Assembly (NCBI GenBank): GCA_034399535.1
Contig: DASCSS010000018.1
Coordinates: 492-64,491, forward strand
DNA length: 64,000 nucleotides
DNA from: Candidatus Thalassarchaeaceae archaeon
GTDB taxonomy: Archaea > Thermoplasmatota > Poseidoniia > Poseidoniales > Thalassarchaeaceae
Direction of reading: 5' to 3'
The notes beneath the pieces are model-generated. The model had not been told where the DNA came from and made no database searches. It saw only the letters and a list, made by a program, of their open reading frames with translations. The position numbers and the translations under genes were made by a program. Numbering within the stretch: the first letter of the stretch is position 1; every line of letters starts with the position of its first letter. Positions 44,482 through 53,958 of this stretch are shown piece by piece.

Positions 44482-46643
44482 TGATTGGTTACAGAAAATT
44501 TCGAACGATATGTTTCGTCGTGGCGGTAACCTTGGCATTGGCATTCGTCCCCCAGTTAACCGCAGTTCCAACTGGAACCACAGGGGATGTATACCACAAT
44601 GGATGTTCCTGCCACGGCCCGGTTGCGTCCGACGATGTGGAAATCTTACTCGGAGGGCTTCCCAAGAGCTTCGTTGCCGGGGAAGAGTATGTCCTAGAAA
44701 TTTCTATTGTGGGAGGGCCAGAAGAAGGGGGGATAAATAGTGGTGGCTTCAATATGCGCGTAGATACGGGAACTCTGACCTCGCTCGACGATTCGATTCA
44801 AGTCTTGAATGGTGAAGCGACCCATACGGAAGATGGCAACGATCAGCGAACCTGGCAAATTCAGTGGAAAGCTCCTGATTCAGATTCCAAATGGGCATCG
44901 TTCATCGTTATTGGGAACTCTGTAGATGGGGATGGTAGTCCCAATTGGAATGATTCGTGGAATATACAAGAATTTGAATTAGCGGGACAGAACGCTCAGT
45001 CAGGATTGCCAATTGACATAGATGAACCTGCCTGGTTTGTCATTGTCGGTGCACTGCTATCGATAACTCTGATTATCGCAGTAACATTGTGGAGAAAGGA
45101 GGATTTCGGAAGGGACGATCTGAAACACTGGCTCACCACGACGGATCACAAAGACATCGGATTACTATACCTATGGGCCTCGATTATTTTCTCGGCCATA
45201 GGACTAGCACTTTCTGTACTCATCAGGTTACAACTTGTAGTTCCGGAAAACTCGTTCATGACTGGTGGATTGTACAATGAAGCAGTTACCATGCATGGTG
45301 CCGTGATGGTTCTTTTTGCCGTCTCGCCAATGGCCTTTGCCTTCGCTAATTATATCGTGCCGCTACAGATTGGCGCTAGAGACATGGCATTCCCAAGATT
45401 GAATGCACTTTCTTTCTGGACTCTGGTCCTAGGGGGGCTTACGGCCGCATCTGGTTTCTTCTTTGGAGGTGCAGCCGATGTTGGATGGACATTCTATTCG
45501 CCCCTGACCGATATCGAATACACGCCAGGTTCTGGAGTCTCGCTTGCTGGTGCAGGATTGGTACTCCTAATTATCTCAGTTACTGGTTCGACAATCAACT
45601 TCTTAGTCACAATACTCCGGCACAGGATTCCAGAAATGGAAATTAGCCAAATGCCCATGTATACCTGGAACATTCTGTTCACAGTGATCCTGATGCTGGT
45701 AATTTTCCCAGCTCTATTTGGTGCGGTTCTCATGTTGGTAGGGGACCGCTTCTTCGGGACTCTGTTCTTCCATCCCGACATCGATGGGACGACATGGTGG
45801 CTGCACATTTTCTGGTTCTTTGGACATCCCGAGGTATATGTTGTGCTTCTACCCGGCCTTGGAATGGCCATGGAAGTTGTCCCCACTTTCGTGAGGAGAA
45901 ACCTGTATGGACGAAATGTCATAATCTGGTCACTTGTTGTTGCGTGCATAATCAGCGTATTGGTGTGGGCACATCACATGTTCATTACTGGAATCAATCC
46001 AACGTTCCGAAAAATTGAGACGATTGGAACTGAATTGGTCAGTGTTCCTTTCGGATTGATCTACCTGTGCCTACTGGCGACATTCTACAAATCAAAACCA
46101 GATTTCAGCAAACTTCCACTGGCCTTTGTGATGGGAGCGATTGGAATTTTCCTAATTGGGGGCATCACTGGAGTATATCTCTCGAGTGTAGCAATGGACG
46201 TCCAACTCAGAGGAACCTATTATCTCGTAGCTCATTTCCACTACACCCTTGGTTCAGTCGCCGTGATGACTCTTGGGGGGATATATTACTGGTATCCCAA
46301 GATTTTTGGAAGACTGATGGATGAGGGACTAGGTTGGTGGCACTTCTGGATGACATTCATAGGGATCAATATCACGTTCATCCCTCTGTTTGGTTTGTGG
46401 GACATGCCAAGAAGAATCTACGTCTATCAAGAAAGTGCAGGATGGGGGGATCAGCAACTAGTTTCTACGATAGGTTCCCTTGTTGTCTTCCTGGCACAGA
46501 TAATTTTCTTCTGGAACTTCACTAGTAGCATGCGCAACGGAGAGATTGCAGGGGATGATCCATGGAGGGGGAGTACCTTTGAGTGGTCGACTTCGTCCCC
46601 CCCGCCAAAGCACAACTTCGATAGCCCTCCAAAGATGCACTAG
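44481..46643 (+). CDS. coxA: Heme-copper oxidase subunit I with about 215-aa N-terminal extension carrying a CxxCH motif
   Basis: Canonical core begins at WLTTTDHKDIGLLYL and contains WFFGHPEVYVVLLP and HFHY. The extension has a signal/TM segment and then GCSCHG (CSCH at 44604-44615). The ATG overlaps the coxB stop (ATGA). Confidence 0.92.
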   Translation: MIGYRKFRTICFVVAVTLALAFVPQLTAVPTGTTGDVYHNGCSCHGPVASDDVEILLGGLPKSFVAGEEYVLEISIVGGPEEGGINSGGFNMRVDTGTLTSLDDSIQVLNGEATHTEDGNDQRTWQIQWKAPDSDSKWASFIVIGNSVDGDGSPNWNDSWNIQEFELAGQNAQSGLPIDIDEPAWFVIVGALLSITLIIAVTLWRKEDFGRDDLKHWLTTTDHKDIGLLYLWASIIFSAIGLALSVLIRLQLVVPENSFMTGGLYNEAVTMHGAVMVLFAVSPMAFAFANYIVPLQIGARDMAFPRLNALSFWTLVLGGLTAASGFFFGGAADVGWTFYSPLTDIEYTPGSGVSLAGAGLVLLIISVTGSTINFLVTILRHRIPEMEISQMPMYTWNILFTVILMLVIFPALFGAVLMLVGDRFFGTLFFHPDIDGTTWWLHIFWFFGHPEVYVVLLPGLGMAMEVVPTFVRRNLYGRNVIIWSLVVACIISVLVWAHHMFITGINPTFRKIETIGTELVSVPFGLIYLCLLATFYKSKPDFSKLPLAFVMGAIGIFLIGGITGVYLSSVAMDVQLRGTYYLVAHFHYTLGSVAVMTLGGIYYWYPKIFGRLMDEGLGWWHFWMTFIGINITFIPLFGLWDMPRRIYVYQESAGWGDQQLVSTIGSLVVFLAQIIFFWNFTSSMRNGEIAGDDPWRGSTFEWSTSSPPPKHNFDSPPKMH

Positions 46644-46683
46644 TCCACTGACGAGAAAGTAGCAGTCTCCTAGCTGATGAAAT

Positions 46684-47187
46684 TCAAAAGATGGGTCCAC
46701 GGATAACGGTAACACCTAGGTAAAATATGATGATTGAAAGTATTAGATTGGCTCTGGCAAAAACCGATGCCCTTCTTCGTAATTTTCTAGACATGCCACA
46801 ATCTCCCCTCTCAATCATGCATTCCACAGCCTGGGGGCCAAAATGGAAGTCATGTAATGCCGCCGAAGAGAATAACACGACCCCTCCAATCATCTTCCAT
46901 GCTATGATGCTAGCTGGTGGACTTGAATGGCCATTCGGTTCGATGAATGAGCCCAATCCAACGATCTTGTCGGAAAGTAATATTCCAGTAATAGAAACAG
47001 TGAACAGACAAATCCATCCCAGCCAACGGAATTTCGCCCCTATGTCATTGAGGAAAACAATATACTCGTGACGAGTATATTGATTCTTAAAATATGGAAC
47101 TAGGACGATAGCGAAGAAGAGCATGGAGCCAACCCATGTGGCAGCCGCAATGAGATGTAGGAAAGTAATCAGGGGCCAGATATGCAC
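46684..47187 (-). CDS. Integral membrane protein (CopD-like, 4 TM)
   Basis: HIWPLITFLHLIAAATWVGSMLFFAIVLVP resembles CopD/DUF-type helices found next to oxidase operons. The assignment is weak. Confidence 0.35.
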   Translation of the reverse strand: MHIWPLITFLHLIAAATWVGSMLFFAIVLVPYFKNQYTRHEYIVFLNDIGAKFRWLGWICLFTVSITGILLSDKIVGLGSFIEPNGHSSPPASIIAWKMIGGVVLFSSAALHDFHFGPQAVECMIERGDCGMSRKLRRRASVFARANLILSIIIFYLGVTVIRGPIF

Positions 47188-47222
47188 GACACCATTTCAG
47201 AGATTTGCAATTAGAATCAGTT

Positions 47223-47238
47223 CCCGAACATATTCGGG
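47223..47238. promoter_or_regulatory. Palindrome CCCGAACATATTCGGG between the CopD-like gene and the HTH_10 regulator gene
   Basis: 6-bp arms CCCGAA/TTCGGG with a 4-bp centre. The core GAACATATTC differs by one base from GAACATGTTC. Confidence 0.3.
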
Positions 47239-47415
47239 ATGAGTGTAATCGACCGAGAGGCCCCTGATATGTCCGGTTACGGTGACAGGCTCTCGATTAA
47301 TCGCAGATGGCTCATTTGGAACTTGGCAATTGTGTAACTTATTATCTGGTACCTTCAGAATACTGGAGGGGATGGATTGAATAAGTCCATGTGGACGAAA
47401 CAATGGGATACTGAG

Positions 47416-48069
47416 ATGCAACACATACTGATTTCGGTTCGATTACCGGAAAATCACTGGGCAGGTGACTCTACCAGAGAGTTCCCTCATGCAAAGATCA
47501 CTATCGATGAGCATATGCCTCTGCCAAAGGGGCGCGGTTCGGCAATAGGAAGGGCCTATGGAGAAGAGTTGGCGGGATTCAGAGCAATTCTAGAAAAACA
47601 CCGAGGGGTCGAGTCGATCTCTTTCTTTGGCGGGAATGAGGACTGCGTAGAATTTAGCATTGTCGTGGCCAAGGGTGGAGGGGGTTTCGTCCGTCCTCTG
47701 ATCGAATCAGAAGTTGTCCCGCAAACGCCATTTTCGGTGAGTGATGGTTGGGTTGAGTGGGAGTTTTCCACAGACAGAGAACACGTAATAAAATTAGTAT
47801 CACAACTAAAAAAAAGCGGCCTGCCTCACAAAATTCACTCCCTGACAAAGGAGGTTTCTGAACGTTTACTGACAGTTAGACAGAGGGAAGTTTTCGATCT
47901 AGCCATAAATCATGGATTCTACGACACGCCTCGAAAAGTTACTCTTACCCGGCTTGCGAAGATTTCCGGGGTGTCTAAATCAACCCTCTGTGAAATGATT
48001 CAACTGATTGAGAATCATATTGTTCACGAGTACCTTGGTGACGTCAGGAGAAGGAGCCCGAAAGACTGA
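47416..48069 (+). CDS. Bat-type (HTH_10) transcriptional regulator
   Basis: The C-terminal LTVRQREVFDLAINHGFYDTPRKVTLTRLAKISGVSKSTLCEMIQ is the HTH_10 signature. The start could be 47377. Confidence 0.7.
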   Translation: MQHILISVRLPENHWAGDSTREFPHAKITIDEHMPLPKGRGSAIGRAYGEELAGFRAILEKHRGVESISFFGGNEDCVEFSIVVAKGGGGFVRPLIESEVVPQTPFSVSDGWVEWEFSTDREHVIKLVSQLKKSGLPHKIHSLTKEVSERLLTVRQREVFDLAINHGFYDTPRKVTLTRLAKISGVSKSTLCEMIQLIENHIVHEYLGDVRRRSPKD

Positions 48070-48086
48070 CATTATCAATAGGAGAA

Positions 48087-49274
48087 ATGGTTCAAAGAGT
48101 GATTAATATAGTGCAGAGGGGTGGAAAGAATATGACAGAAGGAGAAGTAGTTCAGAACTATCCAACTAACTTTGAAGTATGGATAGATGAGTTCAACGAT
48201 TGGCAGACTAGAATTGGTTTTGACCCATCTTGGCTTGGGGACTACAGGTTTGATATCAAGTTCGACTGGGACACAGCTGGGAGCTCGATTGAGTTCGGAG
48301 ATTTTGAGGGAATGCCAAAGTGGGACAGGAGGATGCAGATTCCTCAACAGAATATCAGAGACGCCATCATCAGCATGGTTAGCGTACAAGGGGACACCGA
48401 GTTCGCCAGTGTTGAGCAGCAAAATCACCTGCTAGATACTGCACCCACGGAATACGACAAGAAGTCAGCATTACGAATAATGTGCGAAGAGCAGAGGCAC
48501 GGCTGGCAAATGGCTTACCTACTGTGCACATTCTTCGGGGAACAGGGAGTGAGAGAGGCAGCAAAGCTGCTAGAGAGGAATGCCCAGGAAGGAACGAGGA
48601 TACTCGGTTCATTTAATGAGCCAATTGATCACTGGTTAGACTTCTTCATGTTCACTCATTTCATTGACAGAGATGGAAAGTACCAACTGAAGATGCTGAG
48701 CACGTCCTCATTCAAACCCCTTGCTGCTAGTATGGGACCCATGCTGAAAGAGGAATCGTTCCACCTCGGAACAGGTGCCAATGGCCTCAGGAGGATAGTG
48801 AGGCAGGGAGTGATACCTTGCGCTCTGATTCAGAAATATGTCAACAAGTGGGTTAGCACGGGGCTAGATCTATTCGGTACTGATGACTCAACGAGCGCCC
48901 AGTGGGCATACGTTTACGGAATCAAGGGGAGGTACGACGAGAGAGAGGCTGGTACCGAAGCGGACAGGGAACACCTCAATGAAGCCAGTAGGGAGCTATA
49001 CTTCCAGGAGCTCCGTGAAGAGATGCGGAGAATCAGCCAAGCCAGGAATGAGGGCGAACCAGAGCTTTACATCCCATCTGACAAATTTCGAAGAGGGATA
49101 GGCAAGTACGCAGGCAAGAGGTTCACAGTTGAGGGAGCCCCATTCGAAGGCAGCGACGAAGATTGGGGGGGATACCTCGCAGAAATGCTACCTACCGATG
49201 AAGACGAGGAGCGCTTGATGAATGAGTACATGCAGCAAGAATGGATTCAGTACAGAGAATGGAAGGGCGAGTAG
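48087..49274 (+). CDS. Ferritin-like diiron oxygenase, PaaA/BoxB (phenylacetic-acid catabolic protein) family
   Basis: Diiron ExxH motifs EEQRHG and EESFHLG, about 100 aa apart. 395 aa. The start may be ATG 48132. Confidence 0.6.
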   Translation: MVQRVINIVQRGGKNMTEGEVVQNYPTNFEVWIDEFNDWQTRIGFDPSWLGDYRFDIKFDWDTAGSSIEFGDFEGMPKWDRRMQIPQQNIRDAIISMVSVQGDTEFASVEQQNHLLDTAPTEYDKKSALRIMCEEQRHGWQMAYLLCTFFGEQGVREAAKLLERNAQEGTRILGSFNEPIDHWLDFFMFTHFIDRDGKYQLKMLSTSSFKPLAASMGPMLKEESFHLGTGANGLRRIVRQGVIPCALIQKYVNKWVSTGLDLFGTDDSTSAQWAYVYGIKGRYDEREAGTEADREHLNEASRELYFQELREEMRRISQARNEGEPELYIPSDKFRRGIGKYAGKRFTVEGAPFEGSDEDWGGYLAEMLPTDEDEERLMNEYMQQEWIQYREWKGE

Positions 49275-49295
49275 CCCGAGAAGGAGGTTCCCTCC

Positions 49296-49859
49296 ATGCA
49301 ACATGTTTCACTCTTAGCATTCGACAAGGAACGTTGCCGTCCCTTTTTCGAGATGCTTACTGACTTCTTCCATCGACATCATCACTCAGATGAGGGAGAT
49401 GCATCGGCCTACGAGAAGTTACTCTACACGGTAAAGAGACCGTACACTCCCGAGATGCTGGATATGATCGATGATTGGATGGGTCTAGAGGGAAGGAAGT
49501 GGAGAGAGGAAACCCAGAGGGAGGTTCTACTTTCCCTTTACGCAATTCGCTATCCGGACACACTACTGGTTGAGAGTCTGTCAGAGAGTGCTAGGTCGGA
49601 CATCCGGAGACTGTCAGCATATCTGCACTTCACACACCACACATACTCGATTTGGGACGAAGACAGCAGGAAGGGACTCTCTAAGTTGGGAATCGAGATT
49701 CCCCCTACAGAGCAAGTAGACCCTTTCATCTACGGTGCATACATTACAGCAATTGAGCTGCTGAAGGACGTGGCGCCATTCACCTGCTTCTTGGAGCACG
49801 ATGTCCCTAGGCAGAGGTTGTTCCAAGCCGCGCTCGCTTCGTACGGACGCGAACCTTGA
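49296..49859 (+). CDS. Hypothetical protein (187 aa)
   Basis: The ORF is tightly packed between the diiron oxygenase gene and hbd, and its stop overlaps the next ORF. No firm motif. It contains a His-rich FFHRHHHSD segment. Confidence 0.45.
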   Translation: MQHVSLLAFDKERCRPFFEMLTDFFHRHHHSDEGDASAYEKLLYTVKRPYTPEMLDMIDDWMGLEGRKWREETQREVLLSLYAIRYPDTLLVESLSESARSDIRRLSAYLHFTHHTYSIWDEDSRKGLSKLGIEIPPTEQVDPFIYGAYITAIELLKDVAPFTCFLEHDVPRQRLFQAALASYGREP

Positions 49860-49894
49860 GCACGGCTTATTTCCCGCCCTATGCTCGGCTGCAC

Positions 49895-50770
49895 ATGGCA
49901 ATAGACTCTGTAGCCGTAATAGGGGCCGGTACGATGGGAGCGGGAATCGCACAGGTATGCGCCCAAACAGGATGGGATACTCGTCTGTTCGATGTATATC
50001 CCGATTCCCTAGAAAAGGGGATGGGGTCGATCGAAGCATTCTGGGACCGGGGAATATATCGAGGCAAGACGACCCCCGAGCAGAAGGAGTCCTGGGCATC
50101 CAATCTACGAAGTTGTATTGCATTGGGAGATGCAGTTCAGGGAGTGGATCTGGTCATTGAGGCTGTCCCCGAAAAGATAGATCTGAAGAGGTCGATTTTC
50201 GGAGAATTGGGGAGGATGGCCCCAGGACATTCGGTTCTGGCCACTAATACTTCTGGCATCCCAATCTCGGAGATTGCCTCTGCGACCGAATGCCCCGAAC
50301 GGGTAATAGGGATGCACTTCTTCAATCCAGTCCCCCTGATGCCATTGCTCGAGATTGTTAGGCATGACGCGATTTCTCAAGATACTATTAGGATCGCTAA
50401 TCTGGTGGGCGAAGAGATGGGAAAGACCAGTATTCTGGTTCGCGATTCTCCAGGCTTCGCGACGAGCCGATTGGGCGTGGTTCTTGGGAACGAAGCAATC
50501 AGGATGCTCGCCGAGGGAGTAGCGTCTGCCAGTGACATCGATACAGCCATGCGTCTGGGTTACAGGCATCCAATGGGGCCGTTGGAATTGTCCGACCTAG
50601 TCGGACTAGATATCCGGAGGGACATCCTAAACAGTCTGGCCGATGCCTTCGACGACGACTCTTACAGGCCCCATCCCCTACTTGACGAACTTGTTGAAGA
50701 GGGATTTCTGGGGAAGAAGTCCGGGAAGGGGATTTACGACTGGTCCGATGGTGAGAAGTCAGAGAAGTGA
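49895..50770 (+). CDS. hbd: 3-hydroxyacyl-CoA (3-hydroxybutyryl-CoA) dehydrogenase
   Basis: VAVIGAGTMGAGIAQV NAD fold, TNTSGIPISEIA and HFFNPVPLMPLLEIV blocks. ATG 49895 was chosen. Confidence 0.88.
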   Translation: MAIDSVAVIGAGTMGAGIAQVCAQTGWDTRLFDVYPDSLEKGMGSIEAFWDRGIYRGKTTPEQKESWASNLRSCIALGDAVQGVDLVIEAVPEKIDLKRSIFGELGRMAPGHSVLATNTSGIPISEIASATECPERVIGMHFFNPVPLMPLLEIVRHDAISQDTIRIANLVGEEMGKTSILVRDSPGFATSRLGVVLGNEAIRMLAEGVASASDIDTAMRLGYRHPMGPLELSDLVGLDIRRDILNSLADAFDDDSYRPHPLLDELVEEGFLGKKSGKGIYDWSDGEKSEK

Positions 50771-50780
50771 GTATGTCCGC

Positions 50781-52853
50781 CTACCATGTCCCTTCGAAGT
50801 AGCACTTCCCTGAGCACGTGTCAGAGATCACCCCTGTGAGGAGATAGTCATTGGCCAGTTCTACAGCGGAGTCATGGCCCAATACCTGATTGTGGGCAAG
50901 CGAATGGTACTCCATTGGGCCTTGGATGTTCCCGGATGGGACAGCTGGGAATTGCCCATCAAAGTACACAACCGCGGAACCCGTCGCTGGGAGGGTAGAG
51001 ATGGAGAGACCGTGTGGAAGGTAGGTTGAATTGCCTGAGACGGGGATTCCTGACGTCCTGGAAGCCCGATCTGCAGAGAGGGTGGTAACCTGGGCATCAT
51101 TAATCGAGATTATGTACAGAAGTTCGAATGGGTGCAGTTCTCCGTCTAGCCCCCCATCTCTGAACGGGAGGTATGTCTCGGCCTCGGTTGTGTCCCACAT
51201 CGACTGCATGAGGGAAAGAAGAATAGAGCGATCCATGGTGGAGGTGTACGCTAGGGGGGAGGCGAATAGTTGCTCGAACTGGGTGTACTGTGTGGACCGT
51301 TCGGCGATGAAGCTGAAAGACGAGCCCGCGACCCAGAGGACACCACGATCAATCTCAGGGATTAAGGAGAGCATTGAGGGGCCCCTGATTCCGCCCAATG
51401 AAACTCCCATGTAGTCCACATTACTAGAATCAATCAGATTTACTCCGCCGTAATAGAACTCGGGCAGGTCCGAGCAAATCCCACGAATCGTCTTCACCAA
51501 TGCAAGGTTGTTGATTATCGACTGCTGTAGTCGCTCAGCTTGGTGTTGGAGGTAGTTAACATTCATCAGACCGAATGTCACTGCATCGAAATCTCCGTCA
51601 GAGCTCCATCCCTTGAAATCGGTCCCCATGGCAGCGAAGCCCGTCTCGTTTGCCCAGCCTCTGAAGCTTGAAACCATCCCCCTGCCATCTCCCAAAAATC
51701 CGTGGCCCAGGAGCACAAGTGGGACTGGTTCTCCGGAATCAGCGGCTGACTGCGGTATTGCCAGTGTGAAAACTACCTCGGTGTTGAAGTTGAACACGGG
51801 TGAACCGGCTTCGTCCCTATTCATTGGGGTGGGCGGGAATACTGCCTCTAGGTAGTGAGGCGTGGTGATGGTTCCGCTAATTCTCCTCAATGTTGAGTTG
51901 TCATTCCCATAGTTCTCCTCGACCGCTGTTACATTGCAGCCAATTCCATCCGCCCCTAGACGTTGGCTTGCATCGTTGCGCATTGCCACGATGTCTTCAG
52001 TCAGAGACTGGGTGGAAGCCGTATGGAACCACCATGCTGATTGTATGGTTGTTCTTTCGAAGCCCGCATCGGCAAGAGAGGAGAACATCCCTTCGTAGCC
52101 AGCACGGCTGTTCTCAATCTGCGTTGAGTCGGTTCCATTCCCATCACGAAGAGCCCTGAAGGCATCGAAAGGCTGGATTTCATTTCCATCCTGATCCTCT
52201 AGCCCCCTGAAAGCAACAGCATACTGGGCATTGTGGTCGAGACCACTTATTGAACGGAGATGCACTAGGGTGGGCTCTCCATCCTGAGTTCTCGCGGAGA
52301 CCTCAACCCAATGCTCTACCTTTTGACCCGTGTCCATATTCAACAGGATGCTTCCATGATCATCATTTAGGGAAAGGGGAATGTTGTCTTGTGTGGCCAT
52401 GTGGGAGGTCTCGGGGACGGCACTGAAAGTAGTGAAAATCTGCGAAGCGGGAGAGTGGCCATCTCGTGAGTTGATCGTTCCGAACTCCTCGGAGGGTGCC
52501 GAAGCAGAGTCTGGGATTGCAGCTCCGGCGATGTTCACCCTGAATCCGGTTGATGTGGAGGAGTCGTCCACAAGGAACGCACTTGATGGAAATGGAAGCA
52601 GACAGTGGTCTGGATTCGTGTTATCGCAGACCTCATTGTTGGGGAATGAGACTTTCTCTTGCTCCTCTGCCTCTTCGGAGTACTCGCAGGAGTCATCGGA
52701 GACAGTGGCCTCGGAATTGAAATTCGTGGCGTTTTGATCTGTGCAGCCCTGGATGTCCACCGGAATTTGGTCTGAATCACCACCACTGCACCCTGCAAGT
52801 AGCATCGAGACGACTAATAATACCGCAATAATTGTTCTAGCCGTACCGCCCAT
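50781..52853 (-). CDS. Secreted lipoprotein, putative alpha/beta-hydrolase
   Basis: Lipobox LLAGCSG, GxSxG-like GVSLGG, and an LLGHGFLG block. 690 aa. Confidence 0.45.
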   Translation of the reverse strand: MGGTARTIIAVLLVVSMLLAGCSGGDSDQIPVDIQGCTDQNATNFNSEATVSDDSCEYSEEAEEQEKVSFPNNEVCDNTNPDHCLLPFPSSAFLVDDSSTSTGFRVNIAGAAIPDSASAPSEEFGTINSRDGHSPASQIFTTFSAVPETSHMATQDNIPLSLNDDHGSILLNMDTGQKVEHWVEVSARTQDGEPTLVHLRSISGLDHNAQYAVAFRGLEDQDGNEIQPFDAFRALRDGNGTDSTQIENSRAGYEGMFSSLADAGFERTTIQSAWWFHTASTQSLTEDIVAMRNDASQRLGADGIGCNVTAVEENYGNDNSTLRRISGTITTPHYLEAVFPPTPMNRDEAGSPVFNFNTEVVFTLAIPQSAADSGEPVPLVLLGHGFLGDGRGMVSSFRGWANETGFAAMGTDFKGWSSDGDFDAVTFGLMNVNYLQHQAERLQQSIINNLALVKTIRGICSDLPEFYYGGVNLIDSSNVDYMGVSLGGIRGPSMLSLIPEIDRGVLWVAGSSFSFIAERSTQYTQFEQLFASPLAYTSTMDRSILLSLMQSMWDTTEAETYLPFRDGGLDGELHPFELLYIISINDAQVTTLSADRASRTSGIPVSGNSTYLPHGLSISTLPATGSAVVYFDGQFPAVPSGNIQGPMEYHSLAHNQVLGHDSAVELANDYLLTGVISDTCSGKCYFEGTW

Positions 52854-52872
52854 CGTGCTCGTGAGGCTCTAA

Positions 52873-53946
52873 TTAGTTATGAATTTCTTCCTGCGAACAA
52901 AGAAGTGAGTGGAAGTGATGCACGCCAGATTCTCTCTCTGGGGAATAGCGTCCGCGATCGTAGCTTCCGGAGGAGACTCCTCGCTGAGTGGCCTCAACTA
53001 TCTCTTGATCTTCCTCTTCTACCTTGTCTAGGTCACCTCCAGCTCCCACGCCCAGCAACGATTTGTCGCCAACGAAACCGTGGTAAACGATCCTGGTCCT
53101 ATCGGCTGATATCGGGACTACTAGATTGACAGAGAGGCCCCATGGGTAGAAGTTTAGCATCAGACCAGGAAAGAGCCAATAGTAGTAGGCCGCCACTTCA
53201 CTTCCAAAGTCCGGGGAGTCTTCTGGGAGGTCAAAAGAAGGCTCGTTTTCACTTGCAATACCGATTTGCAGTACCCCTCCTTCGAATAGTTCTGTTCGAT
53301 AGCTGTCATAATCAAGAACCCCATGAAGGTCTTTGTGAACAAATGGGATGTGGAAGCCCTCCAGGTAGTTGTCTACGTAGAGTGCCCAGTTTGCATTGAT
53401 TTCGTAGCTCCGGTGCCGAGTCTGGTCGTGCTCTAAGGAAAGGATGGACATCCAGCCCAATCTTTTCTCCAGCTCTTCGATCCAAGGCCCAATTTTCGAG
53501 GGTTTCGTTCCTGAGAAAACAATCCCTTTCCACTCCATGATGGGGAATTGGCGGAGATTGTCGGATTCACTGGGAAACCCCTCGACACCATCGAACTCGG
53601 GCATTGACTTGAGGCATCCATCCAGATCGAAGGTACGTCCGTGATATGGGCATTGCAGGGTTGTCGTAGCGCATTCTTGGTTTGCGATTAGCATTCCCCT
53701 GTGCGTGCAAACGTTGGAAAGACACCTTATCTCGTCGGCTGATGTAAGAATCATTGGCTCCCCCAATAATTCCTCGATGTGTGGCAAAGTGACAACTGTC
53801 GAATCGACTAGTTGGCTTCGATGGGCTGCAAAGTGCCAATAGTTCAAGAAACTCGCCCTAATTTCATTGAGTTTAGACTCGCTGGTGTAGTATTCCGAGG
53901 GCAGAGTGTGTGCCTTACGAATATCAGAATCAATTACTCCGGACAA
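52873..53946 (-). CDS. Rieske [2Fe-2S] non-heme iron oxygenase, alpha-subunit-like
   Basis: Rieske motif CTHRG...CPYHG. The C-terminal catalytic domain has NYLEGFHIPFVH. Confidence 0.8.
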   Translation of the reverse strand: MSGVIDSDIRKAHTLPSEYYTSESKLNEIRASFLNYWHFAAHRSQLVDSTVVTLPHIEELLGEPMILTSADEIRCLSNVCTHRGMLIANQECATTTLQCPYHGRTFDLDGCLKSMPEFDGVEGFPSESDNLRQFPIMEWKGIVFSGTKPSKIGPWIEELEKRLGWMSILSLEHDQTRHRSYEINANWALYVDNYLEGFHIPFVHKDLHGVLDYDSYRTELFEGGVLQIGIASENEPSFDLPEDSPDFGSEVAAYYYWLFPGLMLNFYPWGLSVNLVVPISADRTRIVYHGFVGDKSLLGVGAGGDLDKVEEEDQEIVEATQRGVSSGSYDRGRYSPERESGVHHFHSLLCSQEEIHN

Positions 53947-53958
53947 GTGGGACCCGGA

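Noticed and set aside
47197-47424. A 75-aa minus-strand ORF covering the gap between the CopD-like gene and the regulator gene.
   Set aside because: It has no motif or hydrophobic pattern, overlaps the likely promoter and palindrome region, and overlaps the start of the + strand regulator ORF.
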